Part shown: piece by piece, positions 12,374-21,870 of the stretch | Layout: every line of letters starts with the position of its first letter | How positions within the stretch are numbered: the stretch's first letter is position 1 | Source of the DNA: Basidiobolus meristosporus CBS 931.73 | Taxonomy: Eukaryota; Fungi; Basidiobolomycota | Length of the DNA stretch: 64,000 bases | Direction: 5' to 3' | Assembly: GCA_002104905.1 (NCBI GenBank) | Contig: MCFE01000426.1 | Span: 1 to 64,000, forward strand | Notes under the pieces: generated by a model | What the model was told of the DNA's origin: nothing | The model's database searches: none | The model's input: the letters and a program-made list of their open reading frames with translations, nothing else | Position numbers and translations under genes: made by a program

Positions 12374-13581
12374 TTACATAGATGCTGGGGTCTTGGCAGA
12401 ATTCAAGACAAATGTTACGGTATTCCGATAAGAATATGTTGATTGGATATACGGGATAACAGTCTGAAGGAATCCGGTTAGACCTCATATATACCGTGCT
12501 CAACGACTCAGCGTACTCTACCTGTTCAAATAATCTGTTCAAGATGCTCTTCGCGGCAATGTATAGTGGGGAATCACTACCGTATTTCTCATGAATTAAC
12601 TGCGAGGGGTTTGAAGCGATTTAGTTGTGGTACTACGAATGAAGCGCCTGGACTCTTGCCTACCTCTAGACCTATTACATTGAAATTTAGGAAATCCGGA
12701 CCATATCTGGTCAGGTTGTATACACTCCATGAATAGGCATTGATCGTGCGAGCAATATATTCCACCTCTTCCATGAAAATGCCGTCTTCCTTGAACTTTG
12801 GATTGAACAAAGTGGAGTTTAGGTCACCGTAAACCCTGTTGAAAATCCTAATGACCTTGGAGATTGCTGAAGGGTAGGGTAGTAGTCGAGTGGTGGCCTA
12901 AAATCCATGAACCATTTAGTATAAGCGGGTAGCTGAGGCGAGCAGGAAGTATTACGGGATATTCCACTACGCTATCCATCGACCCTCCATGGCCATTGTC
13001 GTAGTTCACCTTCCAAGAGCCGCCATATCTATCCCACACATCTTGTACTAGCCGGTCAGTGAATGTCTTCCATTGGTTGATTGACAGACGCTCCTGGAGA
13101 TGGAAAGCCGGGACATAATCGCGAAGAATGTCTAGATACTAAGGTTAGTTGCTAGGGACTCAGCGTAGTAGTAGATAGTGCAGGCCAATTACTACCTGTG
13201 GGAGAGTCAACACCTCGGACTGTAATCAACGTATTGACTCCCACGTTCTCCCGAACACTGCCACGGATGGATGGGTGCAGCCATACTGGATGCTTTCCAA
13301 AGTGGGTTTCAACATCATGAGATAGAAATTTGAAGGTCCTCAGCATGTGGGAGAAGAGTATCTTGTTTCCTTGATGCGAGATAGAAGCCACTGTAGTTGG
13401 CATCGGGAGCTCGCCATAAGCAGAGTTCAGGGGAATGACATAGATATATCCACTAGGCTCTGTTGTAGCTTTGGCTAGAAAGTGAAGGCTGGTTGAATAT
13501 TTATTTGCTTGAATTGAGGTCTATGTTCACTATACCAGCCAGCGCTCCAAGCAGCAACGCGTTTAACCATGAAAATCGCAT
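12374..13581 (-). CDS. Signal-peptide protein resembling the lumenal domain of ATP6AP2/(pro)renin receptor; no C-terminal TM seen
   Basis: Manual splicing across 5 GT-AG introns gives one open frame: MRFSWLNALLLGALA|AFTFLAK...GVNTLITVRGVDSPT|DILRDYVP...SVVEYP|ATTRLLP...EDGIFMEEVEYIARTI...GPDFLNFNVIGLE|LIHEKYGSDSPLYIAAKSILNRLFEQ|TVIPYIQSTYSYRNTVTFVLNSAKTPASM*. Confidence 0.7.
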
Positions 13582-13814
13582 ATCGATGATACTGTTCTGA
13601 AAGTGGCAAAGGGATAAAGCATGAAGGGCCCGTGGACTTTCCTTTATGCTAGACTTTGCAAGTTGGACATTGTTTGAAGCAAGGTGAAGATTGCCGGCCA
13701 TGTGTTAGATTCACTGGAGCATGCATGTCATCATACACAGTGATTGGACTCGGCTTATTTGGCATGATATCCATTTATTCTTAAATAAAGAATGAAACAA
13801 GCATTTTCCAGTGT

Positions 13815-15411
13815 CTATTGATCATTGCTAAGTGTGTCGGTACCGATATCCTGGGCAAAGGTCTCTGTGCTGTTATCCTTCTCCCCCAATAGGAGCGCCA
13901 ACTCCTCATCGGGGATATGGTAGGTGTTCAGGCACTGATACGCTGTGGCTGGTGTTTCCAATTTCTCCTCCCAAGGGTAGCAGGCAGGTTGCTTTGGATT
14001 CTCGGTTTCGGGAAAAGGGGACCTGGCCAACTCATCCCATTCCACCCCTTTGAAAAAGGAATGCTGCTTGATGGAGGTGAGATTCAGTCTGGCATATGGA
14101 TCAGATATGACCGTCCGCTTGAGAAGATCCACAAAGTCAGCCTCGAAGTAGGGTGGATATCGGTCTGGTATGGTGAATGAGGGGCTATCACCTTCTTGTG
14201 AGATCTTGAGGGGTACAAATGCATCCAAATAGCTGGAAAGCTTCCCATCCGGATTGTTGGCTATGTGATGCTCAACATAGAGCCAGTACAGGGAAGCCGC
14301 CATACTGAACCAATCAGACACGGATCGGTCCTGTGGGTGACTGTCCATGTAAACCTCAGGGGCAGTGGTCATGTCGTTAAACATCATTACATCGGACCAT
14401 AATGGGCCACGAATCGGCAGCATCCCCCCGTAGTCTATCAACTTGATGTAGTCATTGGTTTTGTAGTAGGTGAACATCAGGTTGTTCGGCTTAACATCTC
14501 CATGGATTCCTCCAGTGATGTGATGGAAATGCTGCAAGCCCAGGATAAATTGCGCAAAGATCTTCTTCAATCCCCCAGACGACACCCCAATGAATTGACT
14601 CTCCCAACTTAGATCAACACCCGACAGATACTCATACAACACGTACGGAATCCCATCAGGATCCTGCCCGTGGCATGAGATCTTTGCTAGATATGGAGAG
14701 TGCAGGGCGTTTGTTTGCATTGAATGCATCACCTCCAGCTCCATCTCGAATGAATGGATTTCATCTTTTTGAGTGACGTTGAACCGCTTCTTTACGAAGC
14801 CCAGACCGTTGATTTTGCTCTGCAACACTGCGATAGGTCGTCGGCAATAATTTTGCAAGCAAATATTCGAACTTACAGACACGAAGTCGTCTGGTCGACA
14901 ATGTGGCAAAAATCTTCCCAAATACTAGACAGAACAGAATGAGCATGTTGACGATGGCTATTGATCCTTGGATATATACCTGTTCAATCTGATCCAAGGT
15001 TGCGTGCATATCAAAATCTCTGAATCGATTCTTGGGCGAGTTCTCCGTGTCCTCATCCTCCAGTTCGTCCTCAATAGATGTCTCTTGCCCATACGACTCT
15101 TTGGCTATTTGTGTTTCTTGTTCGTGCGACTCTTGTACTTCTTGCTCATCATCGCTAAACAAATCATCACGAAGAATCTCCTCAATGGCCTCTTCCCACC
15201 CATCTTCTAACCCTGCCTCATGCTTCAAGGTATCAAAAGCATCCAAGAGGGGAGTTAGGTAATGGCTCGTGTCATGCAGGTTTTGGAAGTCCATTTCATC
15301 CCACAAGTTCCAGGACTCTACCGCAGACAACAGGTGCTCGAATGGTTCAAAGGTTTTTGCCAAGGCGGAACCTCCAAGGAAGCCCAAACATATCCAGTTT
15401 CTCCATAGCAT
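13815..15411 (-). CDS. Protein kinase with N-terminal signal peptide and acidic linker (putative secreted kinase)
   Basis: ATG 15411 begins MLWRNWICLGFLGGSALA. An acidic segment follows, then one 55-nt intron (14925-14979) joins in phase to the kinase ORF: FVKK, EMELEVM, HGDVKPNN, IDYGG, TAPE, SDWFS. Confidence 0.85.
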
Positions 15412-15610
15412 CCTCAATAAAATCTTAGATTAAACTTCAAGGATATTTTGAATGGAACACCAGCAGGCCATAAAAAGGAGATAGTCTATACCACTGTGCT
15501 AACTGGACCTTTTAAAGCTACTTTCGGGGATTTATTTTTATTCGTAATTGTAACATTTCGAAACAACGCATTTGAATAAGTTTTACGTTAATGATTCTGT
15601 AACCAGTCAA

Positions 15611-16250
15611 TCAATGGCCCATGGCAATTAAAATCTCCTTGGTTTGAGCAATGGTACAAAATTCACCATTCAGATTGGACAGTGTCATTTCATGGATGTC
15701 CTCCGCGCGATGTTTCTTACCATTGGGGCCGACTCTATCGAATGTAGCACAGGCATCGTCTACCAAGAAGGTGTTGAAGCCCAGATTCCCGCTCATTCTG
15801 ACCGATGTTTCCACACAGTGATTGGTTGTGAGCCCGACAAAGAATACTGTTGTACATTTGTTCCTACGTAATTCGCTTTCCAGTGGTGTTCCAATAAATG
15901 CCGAGTTCACTGTTTTCTTAAACACTGGCTCGTCAGCGTGCGGGACAGCTTCCGCTTTGAAAGCGTTTCCTGGACGCTCGGGCCTCAACAGAGATCCTGG
16001 CTCTGTGGAACAGTGTTGTATATGGAAAATCATCCGCGCGCTAGCTCTCCATGCTTTTAGCAATCTGGCAATATTCTCTTCACAATCTGGATTGTTTCTA
16101 TGGCCGCCCCAATAATCAACATCATCAAAGGCTAGTTGTACGGAACCCAGAGTTGGTTAGCCGCTGAAGGAAATAGCAGCTTACGCAAAACAGATCATTA
16201 CCTTGTTGGACATCAATAACGACTAGTGCGGCGCTTTGGGGAACATTCAT
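15611..16250 (-). CDS. Isochorismatase-family cysteine hydrolase
   Basis: MNVPQSAALVVIDVQQ|AFDDVDYWGGHRNNP...KKTVNSAFIGT...GLTTNHCVETSVRM, with the D-K-C triad and intron 16132-16201. Confidence 0.93.
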
Positions 16251-16652
16251 CTTTGCCGCTCTGCTACAGGGTACGTTGGCTTTTATCTAAACAAAATGTG
16301 TTCTGCATAATTAGTCATCAATCTCGTGGGAACATTCGCATGCACAACGCCCATTAATTGACTATAGATAATTAGTCGGGATTAATCATAATTGACTGGT
16401 AATTTCATTATTTCCTGCCAGAGTTGAACTAATTTAGGATATATTTCATATCCAATATTAACCAGATTGCCGGATCTCTATTGGCCCTCCTAATTTAGTT
16501 GCATTGATCAATTGACCTTGTCATTGGTGATATGATAGAAGTGTAAAGAAAGTGTAGATTTCTATGTTTCTATCAAATGTGGTCAGAGAAATCCAATTCC
16601 AATATAAGAACGCCGCTTGTGGTATATGTCGTGTCCACAAACCATCCTAAAC

Positions 16653-18014
16653 ATGAATTCATCTACCACCTCCCGGCTATTTTTCGGCAAATTTGTTCAC
16701 AACGTCGATCTCGAAAATCTCGAATATATCCATGACGGCGTAATTGTAGTCTCGGAAACGGGAGAAATATTGCATGTGGAGAAAGATGTCACTCAAGAAC
16801 AACTAGCAAACCTTGCAAGTCAATACAGTTTGACTGCAGACCAAGTGACGATATTGGAGGAGAATCAGTTCTTCATGCCTGGCTTCATCGACACTCATAT
16901 ACATGCGCCTCAGTACGTTTTCGCAGGCTCTGGCATGAATCTACAGCTTTTAGAGTGGCTGGAAACTTACACTTTCCCAAGAGAAGCGTTCTTCAAATCG
17001 ACAGAATATGCAAAGAAGGCATACTCCGATGTGGTCTCTCAATTGATACGCAATGGTACTACCACTGCCTGTTATTACGGTACGATCCATGTGGAAGCTT
17101 GCAAAATTCTTGCGGACACTGTTGACGAAATGGGACAACGCGCTTACATCGGGAAGGTGAATATGGACAGAAACTCACCTGACTACTATATCGAGACTAC
17201 CGAAGATAGTGTTGAAAAAACCGAGGAATTCATCCAGTTTATGCTGGAGAAGAGCAAGAAGAATCCCCGTGTCTACCCCGTGATCACCCCTAGATTTGTG
17301 CCCTCCTGTACTGGAGACTTGATGAGGAAACTAGGCGAGCTTGCCCGCAAATATGATGTCCCGGTTCAATCACACCTCTGCGAAAATCGAGGGGAAATTG
17401 AATGGGTTCAGCAACTCCACCCTGAACTTCCCAGCTATACCGCTGTGTACGACCATTACGGACTCCTTACTGACAAGACCATCATGGCGCATTGTGTACA
17501 TCTCACCGAAGAAGAATGCGCATTAATTAAGAAGCGCAACGCTGGAATCGCCCATTGTGCAAACTCGAATTTTGCGCTTAGAAGCGGGATTTGTAATGTC
17601 CGAAAGCTTTTGGAAGATAAGCAGAAAGTCGGCATGGGGACAGATGTTGCAGGAGGCTATACCACCTCTATGTTGGATGCAATCCGTACAGCTGCTATTG
17701 CTTCGGCGGCTGTCAGCTTTACTGAGCAAGATCCTAACGGAAATAACTATTCACAACTTAAGCTTGCTGAATTGATCTATCTAGCCACAGTTGGTGGAGC
17801 CAAGGTTATGGGGCTAGAAGAGCGGATTGGCAACTTCATGGTAGGTAAACAGTTCGATGCATTGCTCATCGATCCCAGCAAACCTGAATCCAACTTCCGG
17901 CTCTATAGCCATGACGATTTCTATACAACCTTTGAAAAGTTCATTCACATTGGCGATGATCGTAATATCAGTAGAGTGTATATTGATGGTCGGTTAGTCA
18001 ACAGCAAAGACTAG
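16653..18014 (+). CDS. GUD1: Guanine deaminase (amidohydrolase superfamily)
   Basis: Intronless. Motifs PGFIDTHIHAPQY, LLEWLETYTFPRE, ITPRFVPSCT, QSHLCEN, MAHCVHL and GMGTDVAGG. Confidence 0.95.
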   Translation: MNSSTTSRLFFGKFVHNVDLENLEYIHDGVIVVSETGEILHVEKDVTQEQLANLASQYSLTADQVTILEENQFFMPGFIDTHIHAPQYVFAGSGMNLQLLEWLETYTFPREAFFKSTEYAKKAYSDVVSQLIRNGTTTACYYGTIHVEACKILADTVDEMGQRAYIGKVNMDRNSPDYYIETTEDSVEKTEEFIQFMLEKSKKNPRVYPVITPRFVPSCTGDLMRKLGELARKYDVPVQSHLCENRGEIEWVQQLHPELPSYTAVYDHYGLLTDKTIMAHCVHLTEEECALIKKRNAGIAHCANSNFALRSGICNVRKLLEDKQKVGMGTDVAGGYTTSMLDAIRTAAIASAAVSFTEQDPNGNNYSQLKLAELIYLATVGGAKVMGLEERIGNFMVGKQFDALLIDPSKPESNFRLYSHDDFYTTFEKFIHIGDDRNISRVYIDGRLVNSKD

Positions 18015-18613
18015 ACTTGGTGCATTCACCCACCCGTGTATCCAATCCCTTCATCAATAAATCATTCAAATGTTTGAGTGTATGTATCTCCGCAAGGTCT
18101 GAGGGCTACTAAATTTGTATCATGGCCCCCCAAACCGATCGTGTCTGTCTGGCGACTATTGGGCTTGCTTTGCTCTGTGTTCTTCCTGGCCAATCTTTCA
18201 AACCATGGATGAAACAGTGGATTAAATGTAATTTACGAGCAGTTTACCAGCGGCATCATTAGCGCTAGCATCACCATTCCATGTGCATAAACAAGATTCA
18301 TACAAGTTATATTGCAGTGTAGGGACAAGTTCAATAAAGATGGATTCATCAATGCAATCGGGCATCAACAGATACCACTCACATCCCAGGGGTCGAGTGC
18401 CAAATTTGTCTCAAAAGATCACTTACTTGGGAAGTGCCCATTCTTGCTCTAACATATAAATTCCCGTTTCTGGTCAATGGGATATCCCCGATCGAAGGTA
18501 TCTGCAAGTTTGATAAAATTCCCTTTTAAACCCCCTCCATTTGTATACCCCATTGCCTCTCACCTCCACATTACCTGCTGTAAAGGTATCCACTCTCCAT
18601 ACTATAATCAAAG

Positions 18614-21263
18614 ATGGGGAATCGAAATTCCAAAGTAGCAAACTCTGGGGAAGAAGGTATCCAAGGTTTTCATGGCTTTGGTATAATACTTGTTCTAATT
18701 CTGACTTCGTACCTAGTGAATTTGGGTCACTTTGTCTTACAGAATAGTGTTGGTAAGGGGAGCTTTGGAAAGGTATTCCTCTTCACTTCTGCTTTCTCTC
18801 TCTCTCTTTGCCTTACTTTGACACGAATATCTCTACATATCTTGTGTATCATCCCCCCGTACATTTCGCTTTTTCCAATCGACTTGTATCTCACTTCGCC
18901 CAAAAGTTATTTAACTAGTAGCTTGCACCTCAAGCTACCCACACTTGCTTTTTGCGACTCCATACCCAACCCATTTCACCACTACCCCCCCCTCTCCCGC
19001 CATTCCTCTCCAAGCTTCTAACCCCCCTCTCAGGTTCGAATAGTGGAGCACAAGGAGACCAAAAAGCAGTATGCTCTCAAGTATATCAACAAGGTGGAGT
19101 GTATCAGGATGAACGCGTTAAAGAACGTTCTTCGGGAGAGGAACATACTGGAGAAGCTGGATCATCCATTCATATGCAACATGCGCTTCGCCTTCCAGGA
19201 CGAGTGCAATATGTTCATGGCACTGGATTTGATGTTGGGTGGTGACCTGAGGTTTCACCTGAATCGCCGCCGATTCTCAGAAGAGGCAGTCAGATTCTGG
19301 ATCACCGAGTTGGCGTGTGGTCTTCGCTATTTGCACAAGCAGTCTATCATTCACAGGTATGATGTGGGCCGAGAGATCAGAGGGTGGAGGCTGGATGTCA
19401 GTGATTTGGTTCCAAAGCATCAGCAGCAGTGCCAACACTGGCAGAGTCTGAAAGACACCAGAGCGGAGGGGGCGAGAGTGGGTGGGGATGAAAGAGCCAT
19501 GTGAGCCCAGAGACTAACCAGCGTTCTATCTTCTACTCCACTCCAGGGATATCAAGCCAGACAACATATTGCTGGATCAGGCAGGTACGTGATATCTCCA
19601 TGAGCCATACTCGAGCGGTTGAGGTGGTGGTGGTAGTAATACTGTTGTTGCCACTGCTGCCACTGCTGCTGCTGCTGTGTGACGACGAAGCTGAGTAGAT
19701 CAACGCGACCAACACTAATTGCGTTTCATCAGGGCATGCACATCTCACCGACTTCAACATTGCCATTGCGTATACCGACAAACCGTTGTGGTCCCGCTCA
19801 GGAACATACAACTACATGGGTAGGTACAATTACGAAGCCTGCGCCTCTCATCAAGACACATCCATTGAGGCGAGCAAAGAACGGGGGAGGCAGTGGGGGG
19901 GGAGAGAATGGTGCAATGCGATATGGATGCTGAGAGTGGGAGTGGGGTGAGGGCGGGAGTGAGAGTGAGAGAACCAGCACTCATACGCTTACTTCTTTGT
20001 AGCCCCGGAGATCTTTTCCTCACAAGGGTACGGTACATCGGTGGACTGGTGGTCACTTGGAGTGGTATTCTACGAAGCAATCTACGGCAAGGTAAGAGAG
20101 AGTGATAGTTTGAGTGACTGGTGGCTGGTGACTAGTGACTAGTGACTAGTGGCCGGTACAAGAATGCAGGTATGCAGCCGAGTTCCCAGCCATTGGTCTG
20201 GGGTACGAGGGGTGTGAGTGAGAGCGAGGGTGAGGGTGAGGATGAGGATGAGGGTGAGGACGAGAGTTGGGAAGTATTGAGTGCTGGCCACCAGAGACAG
20301 AGAGTCCAGACCTACTCGCATGGACATTGGTGTACTGACTTTGCTTTGTGTTACTAGCGTCCATTCATATTTGACCATGCTGACAAGGTGAAAGAAGCTA
20401 TACAACATGCAGAGATCCAATTTCCAGAGGTCTCCAAGACTGGGCCAGTGAGCGAAGAATGCATATCAGCCATGAAAGGGGTAAGTGCTCATGGCCCGTC
20501 AGCTCTGAATCCAATCATGATGCGGGCTCCACTACTTTGAGTAGCCGCGTGTGTGTGATGGATGAGAGAAGGCAGTGCAATGAAGTGAAATGAAGTGAAG
20601 CCAAGCGAAGTGAGCCAGGACTGACACATGGTTGCATTCACACAGTTCCTGGAGCGTGATGTCACCCAGCGGTTGGGATGTGGGCCAGATGGGTTTCTTC
20701 ACATCCAGCAGCACCCATTCTTCCGAGACATCGATTGGGATGAACTCGAGCAGAAGCGAAGCAGACCTCCATTTGCACCCAGTGTAAGTGATATCAGTAC
20801 ACACACACACACACACACAAATATATATATATATATGTATATATATACATGTACATAACTATGCATCACTGCAAGGCTCATGCTAACCTCCCCTTCCTTC
20901 TAGCAAAAACGGTCAAATTTCGATATCACCTACGATCTTGAGGAACTACTACTTGAACAGAATCCACTAGAGGCTAAGCCAAGCAAACGTAGCCAAAAAC
21001 TAAGAGCCACACTTGGTAAAGAGATGGAAAGTATTGAGAAGGAATTCAGGAACTTTGACTACCTGTTGTACGAGAGGTATCCTGGATATGTTGACCCACT
21101 CAAGATGTGTGTGGGTGACCCACCTGAATGGGTAAAATGTGTGGATTCTAAGCCGATTGCTAGTGAACTGCGAGAAACCAAGAGTCTTGAAGTTATTGGG
21201 ACAAATTGTGGCGAAATGCACATTCCGTTGCCAGAAACCCGTCGGCGTACCCTGGATGTATAA
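18614..21263 (+). CDS. AGC Ser/Thr kinase, STK32/YANK-like, copy 1 (9 exons)
   Basis: MGNRNSK (myristoylation-like), [19 protein letters not shown]|[24 protein letters not shown]|[11 protein letters not shown] and the tail [18 protein letters not shown]. Confidence 0.92.
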
Positions 21264-21870
21264 ATGGTAGAGAACCATCACTTGCGTAATTTGCAGGAAG
21301 CTTTACCAAAATCACCATTTACTTGATATACATTCACATTCATATATTCTTATCCTCAGTCAGTCAGTCAGTCCCATTTGTACTATACTCCTTGATTACC
21401 GCCTCCACCCCATTGAACCCTTATAGACAATCAAGATTGTAGATTTTGTATGCTCGTAACGATAAACATATGAAGATTGTAGATATAGTATGTTCTCAAC
21501 GACAAATATGAACATAACTGTGGTTGTTCTGGTAACAAACAAATGAGTAATCTGGCGAGATTACCAAGTAGCCCTGGTTACACATTTCTATGAGCCCAAA
21601 ATTCCCCACTAAACAAGGGATTCTAATGGCCTAATCTGCGCTACAAAGAAATCCAATCCATTACTATATGAAGAAATATTTAACGGAAATTTCAATGGAG
21701 AATACCATATAAATGGTCCCCAGGACTTCATTTATATTACGCATCCTTATTACAAGTAAACTTTGGTATAATTATATTATCGAATATGGATGGCCGGCAT
21801 AATAATAATAATTTCTTATTACCACGACTCTACTTGAGTCTTAACTATCCGGAGTGAAGCGCCAGAAGTA

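Noticed and set aside
14925-14979. Apparent transmembrane helix (IAIVNMLILFCLVFG) in ORF 14761-15417, suggesting a receptor kinase
   Set aside because: It lies inside the 55-nt intron whose removal puts the kinase in frame; read-through is out of frame with the kinase.
21433-21510. Degenerate 40-bp tandem repeat (AAGATTGTAGAT...) between the kinase copies
   Set aside because: Two imperfect units only, consistent with ordinary slippage; no array or element structure.
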